Numbered from the whole stretch's first letter, positions 1-14,634 are shown. The stretch is DNA of 63,939 nt, filler included, from Octopus bimaculoides (GCF_001194135.2; 5 parts of 4 records of this genome joined end to end with filler, not necessarily neighbours in it), one strand, 5' to 3'. The notes: generated by a model from the sequence alone, not told the origin. Program-made: numbers and translations.

Positions 1-1058
1 AGCAAATTTAAAATGAAAAAAGCAAATAAAACGAAGGTATGGAGATTAAATACGCTTTACATCGCTTAATCAGCCAAAGGAGTAAATATAAACAACTGAA
101 TACTTGTCAGTGATTGGTTGAAATTATCGAAATAAGACAATTTTTTACATGAAATAAATTCGAATACAAAAATATTTTTCTGTTCTATAACACAAAATAG
201 ATAAGTATACGAAGTTTGAAAGTCTTTCCGTACCAAAAGCACTACGTAAAACATTAATGAAAAATGTGGCCCCCGTTTTAAAATAGATCCTAGATTACAG
301 TTATGTTGAAACAGGTGATATGGGAAAGTGCAGCATTAACAACAAAACATTTGTGGAGTAAATGCTAAGCTAATTCAACTAAGTAACATGCTATGCGTTT
401 GTTTGGAGTATTTTAGACCCTAACATGTCATGGAAAATTGGAGGTGGGAGTTATATGATTTTTGAACGCACCGAAAAGCTGTCAGTGGATATACTCTCCT
501 TTGCAGCAGTCGGTGCTGTGTATGACACGACCCATCAGCTGAAATGTTGACACTTCCGTCGGGTTTGTTGTCCTACATCACTCATAAAGTAAATTTGGAT
601 TAACTTGGACGATGTTAAGCAGTAGAGATGTTTGGTGATTCTATGGGGTGGTTACATTAGGACTGTTTCTTCTCAATAAGGATAATTGATTGATAACAAA
701 TCTTAACACAATATATATACAACTTCAAGTGGAATTGCACGTCATAAGAGAGACAGCATAGTGACGGTTTTGGCTGACTGTTATCCTGTATTCCCCTTGT
801 TGCTAGCAAAATGGTATGTGCCGGCTGTCTCAGCAACTAGTTGATTTTAATGGTGGAACAAACTGGACAAAAAGATTACAAAAATAGCGATTCTCACCTT
901 GAAACTAACTATTTTGAAAATCTTTTTAGATTACGGAACGCCCCGCTCTCTCGTGTATCCATGTTTAAAATTTCAGTGCTATCAGATGAACAATACTTGA
1001 GTTATATGCACACAAACAGACAGACAGAACGGATTTTATATATTAAGATATATATATA

Positions 1059-1255
1059 TTCTTTTACTTGTTTCAGTCATTTGACTGCAGCCATGCTGGA
1101 GCACTGCCTTGAGGGGTTTTAATCAAACAAATCGACCCCCAGGACTTATTTCTTATTCCTAGTGCTTATTCTATCAGTCTCTTTTGCTGAACTGCTAAGT
1201 TATGGGGATGCAAACACACTAACACTGATTATGAAGTGGTAATGATGGGGACAAG

Positions 1256-1300
<45 letters not shown>
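1059..1300 (-). mobile_element. SINE family 1 (tRNA-headed, internal CA microsatellite), 3' half
   Basis: ttttacttgtttcagtcatttgactgc.gccatgctggagcac motif recurring more than 10 times in the window. Confidence 0.8.
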
Positions 1301-1310
<10 letters not shown>

Positions 1311-1566
1311 CATAGCTTAAAAGCCACCTGATAGCACAGCTCTTAAGCTAGCTCCTGTAGAGGGCTCTTCGTTAGGCCTTGGGCCCAACAATGACACTTC
1401 ATGCATTGAGTACATATNNNNNNNNNNNNNNNNNNNNNNNNNNNNNNNNNNNNNNNNNNNNNNNNNNNNNNNNNNNNNNNNNNNNNNNNNNNNNNNNNNN
1501 NNNNNNNNNNNNNNNNNNNNNNNNNNNNNNNNNNNNNNNNNNNNNNNNNNNNNNNNNNNNNNNNNN

Positions 1567-1611
<45 letters not shown>

Positions 1612-1671
1612 TGTTCCTACATACTTTAATATCTGGTACTACTCACCTTCCATGTCTTTCTCTATTAACAG

Positions 1672-1792
1672 TTTAATTATGCCTCAAACTCCCTGACGTA
1701 TGCCTTACTTCTGGTTTCCTTTGTTATCTGTTGGATTGAAACATGGTTCTTAGATTTCAAAGTTCTGCCACAAGAGAAAAGATATTTACTTA
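1672..1792 (+). CDS. STARD3: STARD3-like exon, end of MENTAL domain (FNYASNSLTYALLLVSFVICWIETWFLDFKVLPQEKRYLL)
   Basis: ttaacag acceptor, gtaagt donor, phase 0 to 1; near-exact MENTAL motif. Confidence 0.93.
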
Positions 1793-4700
1793 GTAAGTAT
1801 ACATCTTTTTACATTTTCTGTTTTATACACACACACACAGCTTGTCAACATGCTAACAATTGAAGAATGTACATTTTTAGTTGAATGGGTGTTTCAAGCT
1901 GGAAACAAATGCACAGACACTGTGAAACAGAAGTTCAGTGAAATTTTTCCGAATACTGTTGTTCCACATCATGACATTGTGGGATTCCATAAGATTTAGA
2001 AACACAGGCTCAGTGGAAGACACAGCAAGAAGCGGTAGGCCTACCGTTCTTTCAGACAAAACACTCTCCAATATTTCTGATAAATTGTTGGTGAGTCCTT
2101 ATGCAAATTGCCACAGGAAATGGAAATCAGCCAAGGAAGTACTCACATGGCAGTAAAAAAGAAATTAGATTTTATGTATTGAAAATGAAAGATGACACTT
2201 TCAACACCTCTTATAAAGTTTTTTTAAGTCTTGTAAAGTCTAATATATTCTTTTGTAGTCTTATATCATCTTATAAACATTTATTTTGCAATAAAATATC
2301 TACTGTGGAGAGACTGTTTGAACACCCTGTATATGTAATAAAGGTGGCTTATTTTGACCTGGCAGATATAGTAAAAATTATGATATCACATGTAGATTCT
2401 GCTTGTTTACACATAATAAATAATTTAATCTTCATAAATCATATAATCTTCATTTCCTGTTTTTTTAATATTTCATTTGTTATTTATTTACTTATTTATT
2501 TTCTTCTTTAGGAACTCTTATTCCCGCTATATCTGAACGAACTCCTTTACTACGAGGTAATAATCCCGAGAATCCTGATGCTATTTCTACAACTGATGAA
2601 TTTCATTCTCCTATAGACAGCCCTGCAAGTAAGTACTTTAATGGTTTAGAAATTTCCAACCTTGAATGTATGCGGTGAATTTGACTCAAATATTAGTTTC
2701 CTTGAATATGTTAATTCACTATCTTAATTTGCAATCTTCTAACTAAATTGTTTGTCTGTAGACTTTCTATTCCTCATCTCTTGGATCAGTGACTTATCTG
2801 ACCTCACCTCTTCCTTTTCTAAATATACCTGTCACCAAGTTTTTCTTCTTTTAGCCATCTGGTATATTTCTTTACTAACCCCATTCTTCCAATCCTTCCT
2901 GTTTCTTTGCTTTTGTGACTCTGAATACTACACTATTCCACCACCACCACATCACCCATGGTCGGGATGGAACTTTGCACCAGCCACAGATTTGCTCTGT
3001 TACCCTTCAATAGGTTGTCCCAAAGGAACTTCCAGATCTCTTCTACATTATATGTTTATAATGTCAATGTGAATACCCGTCAGAGTGTAAGTATCTTGAG
3101 AGAAAAGCTGAACATTAGAAGCATCAGTTGTGGCGTGCAAGAGAGACGATTGCGCTGGTATGGACATGTGGTGAGAATGGAGGAGGATAGCTGCGTGAAA
3201 AAGTGCCACACCCTAACAGTTGAGGGAACCCGTGGAAGAGGTAGGCCCAGGAAGACCTGGGCTGAGGTGGTGAGGCAAGACCTTCGTACATTGGGCCTCA
3301 CCGAGGCGATGACTACTGACCGAGACCTTTGGAAATGTGCTGTGCGTGAGAAGACCCGGCAAGCCAAGNNNNNNNNNNNNNNNNNNNNNNNNNNNNNNNN
3401 NNNNNNNNNNNNNNNNNNNNNNNNNNNNNNNNNNNNNNNNNNNNNNNNNNNNNNNNNNNNNNNNNNNNNNNNNNNNNNNNNNNNNNNNNNNNNNNNNNNN
3501 NNNNNNNNNNNNNNNNNNNNNNNNNNNNNNNNNNNNNNNNNNNNNNNNNNNNNNNNNNNNNNNNNNNNNNNNNNNNNNNNNNNNNNNNNNNNNNNNNNNN
3601 NNNNNNNNNNNNNNNNNNNNNNNNNNNNNNNNNNNNNNNNNNNNNCGGGTGGCACATAAAAGACACCATTTCGAGCGTGGCCGTTTTCGTGCGGGTGACA
3701 CGTAAAAGCACCCACTACACTCTCTGAGTGGTTGGCGTTAGGAAGGGCATCCAGCTGTAGAAACTCTGCCAAATCAGACTGGAGCCTGGTGTTGCCATCC
3801 GGTTTCACCAGTCCTCGGTCAAATCGTCGAACCCATGCTAGCATGGAAAGCGGACGTTAAACGATGATGATGATGATGATGATGATGATCTCTTCCTCCT
3901 TCTCATCAAATGCTTCCACTAGTACTTCTTTAAATTTCTGATTGTTCACTTTCTTTTCAAAGGGTCTTAAAGTTATTTTAGCAAAGTCTTGAGATGTAGT
4001 TCTTACAGAGGATTTGCAAAGGCTTGAAAGGAAAGGAATGAAGCAAGCATGCTCTGCACAATGTGTAACGGGAATGTTCATGAATGTCAGTATACAGATG
4101 AAAGCTTGGTATAAGAAGAATTAGACGTAATGTGCAAGAGAGAAGGCTACATTGGAATGGGTATGGAGACTGACTGCTGTATAAAGAAGTGCCAAGCACT
4201 CCAGATTATTGGAACTTATAGAAAAGAGAAACCAAGGAAAATTTGAGACAAATTAATAAATACTGATTTAATTGATTTAAAGATATGCATCTGATGGAGG
4301 AGATGACAGAGGATCATGTTGACTGGCAATATGCAGTGCTGGAGATGACCCCAAACACTTATGTAAACACTGTGAAATGTATGTTAAAATGGGGATAATG
4401 ATGGAGACTGGGATCTGGGTATGCACATGTGTGTATGCATTTGTGTGTTTGTCAATGTGATTGTGTCTGACTGTGTTTGCAAGTGTGTATCCTTTCAAAC
4501 AGACATTGACTTCCTCAACCATATTCTTGACATCTTCTTGTCTCTTTGCTACTCTTCTCCTTGTTACTTATTTCCCTGTCCACACATTCCCCGCACACAC
4601 ACAAACACATAACACACAGAGATGCTGCTTGTATAATGATGGATGTTACAGGAGAATATCCACATTCAATCCTTCCACCATCATCCTCATCACTCTACCT

Positions 4701-7700
4701 GTTTGCAGCCAATACACATCACTTTCACCTTCTCTGTATTAATATTTATCACTTCTTCCCTATGCCACTTCTATTGTCATCCTTCACTTACTCTTCTATC
4801 AATGATATTTAGAATATAAGTGTCTATTCAGATACTGCTGTTGCAAATAGTGAGTGAGCTTATCAAAAAAAAAAAAAATTAATAGTGACAGAAGCAGTAC
4901 TAATACCAAAAGCCAATCTTAATCTCCAACTTAATTTGAAAGTTGGGTTAAAATAAAGGATTCTTTTATTCTTTAATGTTTCAATCATTTGACTACAGCC
5001 ATGCTGGAGCACTGCCTTGAAGTATTTTTGTCGAGCAATTTGACCTCAGGACTTATTTTTTAAGCCAAGTATTTATTCTATTGATCTCTTTGCCAAACCG
5101 CTATGTCATGGGGACGTAAACACACCAACGCCAGTTGTCAAGCGATGATGGGGGAATGAATACAGACACAAAGACTCACACACACAGGCATATACATGTA
5201 TATATATGTATGTGCGTGTACGATGGTCTTCTTTAAGTTTCCATCTACTAAATCCATTCACTAGGCTTTGGTCAACCTGAAGCTATAGTAGAAGACACTT
5301 GCCCAAAGTGCCATGCAGTGGGACTAAACCAAGAACCATGTGGTTGGGAAACAAGCTTCTTACCACAGTCACATTGTTTATGTTGAGAGGATCTCTTATA
5401 CAGACTCATGGTGCTTAAAGCACTTGCTTTTTGGTATTAATATTTTTTCTGTCACTATTAATTCTTTTTATGTTATTAATTGCTTTTATGCACAGCAACT
5501 CCTCATGAGAGATCTTCTTGTGGTAAATAACACAGTATTCTTTGTTGTAAAACAATCTTCACGTTAAGTTGGAGATAAATATTACCTTTTGGTATTAATA
5601 CTGGTTCTGTCACTATTAATTACCTTTTAATAATTCCACTGGTTATTTGCAACACCAACACCTGAATAGACACTGATATTTTACATATCATTGATGGGAG
5701 ATTTGATTGTTATGTCACTGTTGGACATCTCTCACTGTAGAGCCCATAGTAGGGTGAAATCACATAATCTGAGAGTTCTGACAGCTGTAACAGATGGTTT
5801 TCATCCCTCGATGAAATAAATAAAAGTGTTTTTATGCACAATAAGTTCATATGAGAGATCCTCTCAAGGTAAAAAAATGCATTTATCTATGTTCTAACAT
5901 AGCTTCCACATTAACCCATTACTTACCAGTGATCTCATATGAGATCAATTAAAAATTACAAATTTCATAATTATCTGTCAATATTTACACATATCTAACC
6001 TTTTTGCTATATCTACTAGGTATATTTCTCTGATATTCAAATGAGGTTTGCTAATTTTTCACCCAATATCTCGCTTATTTTTATTTAAAATGTTATTTTG
6101 AAATGTTATTTTGAAATGTTATTTTGATCATTCCAGCGTGTTTCTAAGGCTGTTTTATGCTAGAAATCAAAGTTTCATAAAAAAATTCCAGTTAATAGAA
6201 TTATGGGAAGTAATGGGTTAAGTTGGAGATCAAGATTCCCTTTTTGATATTAATACTGCTTGTGTCACTAATTATATTTTAATAATTCCACTGGTTATTT
6301 GCAACACCAGCGCCTGAATAGACACTGATATTCTACATATCATTAATGGGAGATTTGGTTGTTATGTCACTGCTGGACATCTCTCACTGAAGATCCCATA
6401 GCAGGGTGAAATCACATAATCTGAGAGTTCTGGCAGCTGTAACAGATGGTTCTTCTCTTTCAACGATATAAATAAAAGTGTTTTTATGTACCACATTCCA
6501 AATGAGAGATCTTCTCAATGTAAATAACACAATAATCTGTTTTTTCTAACTCATCCTCCACGTTAAGTTGGGGATAAAGATTGCCTTTTGCTATTAATAC
6601 TGCTTCTGTCACTGTTAACTTCTCATAATGTTATTTCTATATAGGTTCAGATGAGGAGCCAATGGAAGGAACCAATCAATATAACGAAACAGTGCACAGA
6701 CAAACTTTAAATAACAAAACTCTAGTAAGTTCACATCTCTTCAACTTTGCTCTTTGTTATACTTGTTAATATTGTTTCTAGTTTGATTTAGTTGCAAATG
6801 GTGCAAGAGAAGGCAGGTGGTCATGGTTAGAAAAGAAAAGATTAATTAGAAATAAAAAGATTAATAAGAAATAAGACCTACTGAAGCTGATACAGGGGCA
6901 GAAATTCTTGATGAAATGCATCTTGATTGCAACCACCTTGAAGAAGAAGAAACTGTTGACTACCTTTTTACACTTAAATTTAAAGACATTGGTATATTTC
7001 AGAACCTCGTATTTAATCCTTCAGTATTTAAACTGGCTATATCCAGCCAAAATATTCTACCCATTTTAAGTTCAAACTGGCCATATTCAGCCTTTCACAC
7101 CTATCATACAAGATCATTCTAAAAATTAGCAGTTACCTCATCAAAATCTCAAAGCTACAAGATAATGCATGATTAATTCAAAAAAATGCAAATAAATAAG
7201 GCATTATATTTGAAAGACAAATCTGAATGCTTATGGGTTAAATGATCAAAATATATTTTTTTTCTTTTCAGATGGATTTGTCATACTTAAAATTGGGGAA
7301 AGACTCTTGGGAACAAGTTTATTCTTTATACAAATCAGAAAGTAACTGGGTTTTTCAGTGTGGAAAAGATGCTACAGAAGGCTGTGTATTAAGTAAAAAA
7401 TCCAATGTGGGGAATAAGATATTTTTCCTGCAGGTAAGAATTTTTTGTGGTTCCCCAACTGAACATGTTGGGGAACTACATTTCTTCTGTTCCTTTACCA
7501 TTTTACATGTATAAGAATATTGAGTTTGCATTCATTATCTGTATAGTTATTATGGTTAAAATGTCTATAAAAACTTATTAACCAAGCTCTACAGCAGTCT
7601 TGGTCAACCTCTGACACTCAGCCCTCATGCAGGTCTTTATGATTTTTTTTTAATGATACATGTAATGTCATAATTATATAAACATAATAACATTTTAGTA

Positions 7701-10700
7701 AAATTTTGTAATATAATCTTTAGGTCTGACTCTATTGTTTTTTTTTTTTAATGATTTACATAGAATAATAATATGGTGTACTCTGTACTACACATGATAT
7801 TGGTCAAATTATATTTAAGTGTAATATATTTAATAAATATGCAGTTTTTATTGAATGATGTAACCAAGGGTAATATATAGTATATTCTCTACTACGTATG
7901 ATATTCGTTAAATGATGTGACCGAGAGTAATCTATGGTGATGATGTTTTTTAAATTATTTTTGTAGTTTGAAGTATGATGAGCAATATCTGACAAAGCAG
8001 CTCCTACAAAAAGGTAGTCCATACCTGGTCTAAATAAGAATTACAATAGAATACAGGTCACATCTGATTAAGTAGAAGTAGATCAAAGGCTTTTCAGCCA
8101 TCATCAATTCCCCTTTTTGTATATCAGGGGTTATATTGTCCAATTATTCTTTTCTTTTTTAATAAATAGTTGGGTGTGATTTTAGGCAAGGTCAATCAGC
8201 CACCTAACCTCTTGGTTTGTAGGAGTTTGAGATCAGCACTGCAAATTACCAGATTATGCATTGTCCTATTGTTGTTAGCTAGAAGCCTTTTAATTATAGC
8301 TAGCTTTAATGAGAAGATCATCATCATCATCGTTTAACGTCCGCTTTCCATGCTAGCATGGGTTGGACGATTTGACTGAGGACTGGTGGACCAGGTGGCT
8401 ACACCAGGCTCCAATCTGATTTGGCAGAGTTTCTACAGCTGGATGCCCTTCCTAACGCCAACCACTCCCGAGAGTATAGTGGGTGCTTTTACATGCCACC
8501 GGCATGAAGGCCAGTCAGGCGGTACTGGCAACGGCCACGTTCAAAATGGTGTATTTTATGTGCCACCCGCACAAGAGCCAGTCTAGGGGCACTGGCAACA
8601 ATCTCACTCGAAAATCCTACGAAGGCCAGTCAGGCGGTACTGGCAACGGCCACTTTAACTCATTAAGCCAGTAAGTGATCACCTTATTAACCTAGTTTTC
8701 TGTGAATGAATTTCAGAATTTCAAAACCCATTCACCCATTTTCTTCACTCACTATTCTTGGGAGGGGTAGAGTCTTCAGGCACCTCCTCCATACGGTCCT
8801 ATCAGAAGCAGCCATTGTTACACTTTCTGGTTGGATTCCCAAGCATGACCAACTGAGATTATGGATATTATCCCACCATCTTATTCTTACCCCTAAGTCT
8901 CCTGCCAATTGGCTCAGCTTGAAGAATCCATCTTGTGGTTCTTTCCTGTGACATTCCATCTAATTCAATGTCCATAGTACCAACACTATGACTTCTCAAT
9001 GTAGAGAACTAGTGTATTTCAACAGAGTGCATATTACGAAGTAGTTAATAAGATTCTTGAAAAGAAGGTTGATACCATCTTTGAGTTGTATTCTAAAGTG
9101 ATATGTTAATAATGTTGAAAAGTACTGTTTGTTAAAGCCCGTCATTTGGAAATTAAAATGTATTGGCTAAACAGTACTGGCTAGTTACAGCTAGCTTCAT
9201 TGAGAACATATGAACTGTCTCCTCTAATTAACTAATATCTTCTGTAAATGTTCTTGGCCATTAAATTTTCTTATTTATAATTCATTAAGAGGTATAGGGA
9301 TTGTGTATTTAAGGGTGCTAGATTATTGATTGTAAGCAATTGACATTGTACTGTACTGATAATCAAAAATATGTTATTCTAAGAACAAGTAGCATTCTTT
9401 CTTTAAAGCTTGAGAGGTTAGTGTAGAAAGTATACTTGCCTTAGAAACTACTCACCATGATTAATTTGTAAAAACCATCCCATCTATCAATTACATTTGT
9501 TTGTTTCTTGTGAAGGCCGTATTAAACATAAGTGCAAAAGAATTATGGGAAGATCTGGTTTTTAGAACTGAAGATTTACCAACATGGAATCCAACAATAG
9601 CAGATAGTAAGGTAATATGGACGTTTCTGTTTATATTTTGTTTCTAAAATCAAATTCTTGTTCATTTTTCTGTAATTGGTATTTAGTTTGCCATTTGTTT
9701 CCAATATTCTGCAAAAACATGCCTGGCAATGAGAAAATATTACTTTGCTTGGGGACAGGTAAGGATGGACAATAAGAAGGGCATCCGATCATAGAAAATC
9801 TGCCTCCGTAAACCCCATCCAACCCATGCAAGCATGGAAAAGTGGATGTTAAAACAACAATAATGATGAATGTTGCTATTTCTATCTAAATAATTACTGA
9901 AATTGATGCTCCTGTATAAATAGCCATTTTATGATACTGATAATGTTTAGTGATCTTGTACTTGATGTTATAATCCAAGTATAAGGTTTTCCCATGTCAA
10001 TACATTTATCTAATACTTTATTGGTGATGATGTTCACATCTTAATTACATGTTACTCGTAATAATCTTCCCTAAACAATACCCTTTCATGTTTATCTCCC
10101 TGTCTAAATACAGTCTCCTTGCTTATTATTCCTGCCTAGACACTGTTCATCTCTCATGTCTTGTCATCATTTAACATCCATTGTCCATTATAACATGAGT
10201 TGGACAGTTTGACCAGAGCTGACATGCAGGGGAGCTGCACCAGTTTCCAGTCTAGTTTAGCTTGGTTTCTGCAGTTGCATGCCCTTCTTAGTGCCATCCA
10301 CTTTACAGAGTGTACTGGGTGTTTTTTACGTGGCACAAGTTTCTTTCTATGCAATTTCTCATAGTTAAACACTCTGTTCTAATGTAAACTAATACTCAGC
10401 TCCACTCTCATTCATACCCTTTTTCTATCTCATCAATACTCTGTTACTATTTCTTTAATACTCTGTTCATATTGATAACCTTGTCGAAATGCCATGCTCA
10501 TGATGTTACTTCTGTTTAAATAACTCTGTGCCAATAATGGCTATCTTGTTGCAGTTAATCAAGCCCCTAAGTGAGAACTGTGATATATCCTACTATGTTG
10601 CTGCTCCTGGTGCCAAGGGTTTGGTGAAAAGTCGAGATTTTGTGGTAGTACGCAAATGGGGAAAACGAAAGGGGTTATATTTTTCAACTGGAATGAGTGT

Positions 10701-13700
10701 GAAATTTCCCAGTATACCTCCAGTTGATAAATGTGTCAGGTATGTAGTCACTTTTTGTCAAAAGTGGTTGTCAAAAAGAAAACTTGATTGTCAAAAAAAT
10801 CATGTTTTTTTTTATTTACACCTTTATAAGCGCAAATTAATGAAGATTCAGATACTTCCGAAACAAATTAAAATAATCTTGAATCAAATTAAAATATTTT
10901 TGAAGCAAATAAAAATAATCTGAAACAAATGAAAATAATCTTGAAGCAAATTAAAACGATTCCAAACCAAATTACAAAACAACATAATCTTTAAGCAAAT
11001 TAAAACAGTCACAAAACAAATTAAAATTATCCTAAAACATATTAAATTTTTTTTTTTTCCTAGTTTATTAGTGCTATGAAACCATATCTCTGATACTTTT
11101 ATCTAATGTGTAATAAATTACTGTTTCATTTTGACTGGTAACAATTTTGGAACATATATCAAAACCTCTTCAATGAGTTTAAAGGAATTATCGGTTTTGG
11201 AAATAGAATATACAATTGCTCTAAATGTAAATGTGCTCTCTTGAATGAAATCAAGATTACTTGCTACATTTTGATGGAAGACGGTCAATCAATCTACTAA
11301 ATATAAATGTTCACAAAGATTTACAAGGGGAATAAGTCAAATGACTTAAAAAGTTAACCTTTTTGCTGCAGAAATCAGATATATCCATTTAGAATTTCCT
11401 TACCTTTAACTGCAGAAAGCAATTTTTATATACCAATATATCTTTTGTTGAGGAAAATTGTGTTTGAAACTATTTTTTGTTGAGATATGTCAAGTTTATT
11501 GAGGCAACAAAAAACTTGCAGAAAATACTAATTTTATTTTTTGCTAGATATTTAACCTCATTACTAGATTAACCTTGAAATTTAATTTTGCAGTTAAAAG
11601 GTTAAAGGGTAAAATTCATTATTGTTTCCTTCAACTCAGTTTTGCTAAAATACCTTTCTGATTTTCTTATTGAGACAATTCCAGTTGTCTTGACACTAAA
11701 CATGGTTTAAGTATCATCCAATCAATGGACATGATTCTATCATGTGATGATTTTCAGTCCCACATCATTTATTATTTAAGCTTACTTTTGATTCATCTGA
11801 GGGGACACTTTATTGACTCTATCAGGTGACATTAGATATACATTGAATCATTGTTGTGGATTTACTCTTTTCACCTTAGCATGATGGACAGCTGAAGTTA
11901 CCATTTGCCATTTTGCACTTTAGTTTGGAATTGTTGCAATGTTTTTTCATTCGTTAATGAAGTTATTATATGAGCACAATATTATTCGTCTTACATTATA
12001 ACACTTATAGTTAGATATTATCAGATAAAGCAGGGTGGATTGGGTTTGCTCTGAATTGAAAGCATTTTAAGAGAGATGTTAAATGGCTCAACCACCACAA
12101 CTTATTTTTGTGGATACTTATTTCAAGACTTTCAATCTAGAAATGTTTACAGACTGCTAGCATCATCTTTTTATTAATAAAGATTATTTGATAGATTTTA
12201 TTAATGTTATTACAAGAAAAAAAAACGAAACAATAGAGAGTTAATAATGTAATCAAAGAAAAGGAAATAAAGTTATTTGATTGAATAAATGATAAATATT
12301 TTGAAATTTACAGGAAGTAAGCTAGGTTATTGTTTAGCTGCAGATGTGCATTGAATGAGTAAAGCTTTGATCCAAGGCATTCTAGCCTTGACCATTCCAT
12401 CTTAATTTTAAGCAGTGCATTTACAACTAGATTCTGTAATATATCTTGTTTCTTTTTTCTTATATAATAGGATATATTTTTGAGGGACATGTAACTGGTA
12501 TTTCTAGCAGGTCAAATCCCAATGTAAAGCAGTAGTTCCCAATTTGTATCCACAAACGCCTGAGGGTCCACAAAGGTAGTACTGGCAGTCTGTGAGCTGA
12601 GTTTAAAAGCTTGGGGAGGGGTGAGTCTGTGAAAAAAAAATCATTTAATTAAGAAGAGTCCATGATAGTAGTGGAAACGTTGAGAACTGCTGAGTTAGCA
12701 GTTGTGCCCTAAGGTTGATATCTGATTGTTAAAGTGAATAAATAAAATGATTTTTTTTTTCTTCCTCATTACTACTTTTGCGACCTTGCAGTTACTAGAT
12801 AGAGAGAACCAAATAAATAACTAGAGAAACAAATAATTACTTCTAATATCGTAGCTATAGTTGGAAGTAGCTGAATAATTCCACTAGACAGTAGTGACGA
12901 CAATGCTTGGACACTGGAAAAATACTTGTTTTGTAAAAATAAACACAAGGACGAGACTATGCAAGAAAAGACTAAAAAAAAAATCATTTTATACATTCAC
13001 TTTAATACATCTTCAGATAAGTGTTCATTGATTGCATGTGAACTAATTCAATCATGTTAAATATGGACTAGTTAACATTGGTGAGGGGAAAAAGACATGT
13101 CTATATGTGCTTGTTCAGAAACTTTTCTGTTAGAATGCTAGGTTCTTAACAGTAGTTGTATGATTAATATTTTAAATTAATCTATTCTGAGATCAATAGT
13201 TGAAAGAGAACAACAGAAATTCGAAAGTCCTGCAGTTCTGAGACAGAAAGGCTAGTGAAAGTGGTTTAGTATAAAGTAGGAGTTGGGAGATAAGACAGTG
13301 ATAGTAATTACTGATATTTTATAGATTCATTACAATAATACCATATTATTTCAGAAACAACATCTCTCTTATTTTTGTTTATCCGTGTTGACAATATTAA
13401 CTTCTTTATATTTCAGAGGTGAAAATGGTGCTGGTGGTTACTTAGTTGAACCACTCTCTACAGAACCTAATAAATGTAAATTTTACTGGTTTTGTAATAC
13501 AAATTTAAAGGTAAGATTTTATTAGTTCTGTATGTAAAGTAATATGAGTCCATAACATTTAGTCCCCTTGACCAAATACCACCAGGTATCAATCCACAGT
13601 TTTTAGCTTTCAAAATATGGTTGTTTTTCAAACATTTGAGACATAATGATTTAACATTGAAGTGCCAAACTGCTGGCATCATTCATCTTCATTTATTTTT

Positions 13701-14592
13701 CTATGCTCACATGTATTAGAAGTAGTTTCTCCACTAAAGTGTCCCACCACATTTTGGGCCCCCTTATCATCTCCTTTGTGGGATTTAGCTTTCACTATTT
13801 CTTCTCATGTTTTTGTTAGTCTTCCTCTTCCACAGGTTCCTTCCTTTTAGATAGTTTGGCACTTATTTACTCCACCATACTCATCACATGCATGTACTAG
13901 CGCTGTCTTCTCTCTTGCACATCACAACTGATTCCTTTTGTACCCAGTTTTTCTCTCAGTTCATTTGTACTCCATCTCACAATAATATTACACATCCAGC
14001 AGAGCATACTTGTTTCATATCTTTCCAGATTTTACATGCATTCTGCATTCAGTGCCTTTGTTTTGATGTCATGCAATGCCACACTTCACACACAAGCATC
14101 ACACAATCTGTACCCTTCACTCTGATCTTTTCATTTGAGATTTCCTTAATTAACTCACTCACTGCTTCAATTTTTGTATATTTTTGTATGTGTGTGTGTA
14201 TGTATACACACACACACATATATATATATNNNNNNNNNNNNNNNNNNNNNNNNNNNNNNNNNNNNNNNNNNNNNNNNNNNNNNNNNNNNNNNNNNNNNNN
14301 NNNNNNNNNNNNNNNNNNNNNNNNNNNNNNNNNNNNNNNNNNNNNNNNNNNNNNNNNNNNNNNNNNNNNNNNNNNNNNNNNNNNNNNNNNNNNNNNNNNN
14401 NNNNNNNNNNNNNNNNNNNNNNNNNNNNNNNNNNNNNNNNNNNNNNNNNNNNNNNNNNNNNNNNNNNNNNNNNNNNNNNNNNNNNNNNNNNNNNNNNNNN
14501 NNNNNNNNCTTTTAAATAAAGCATATCACTCTACCTCTGGTATTTGAGTACTCTTTTTTTCCACCTTGTTGCACATTTTATGTGCTTACTCC

Positions 14593-14634
<42 letters not shown>

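Noticed and set aside
480-830. Possible upstream STARD3 exon or promoter (acttccg ETS-like motif, donor-like sites)
   Set aside because: No phase-0 exon with MENTAL similarity could be built; a single short motif is not evidence.
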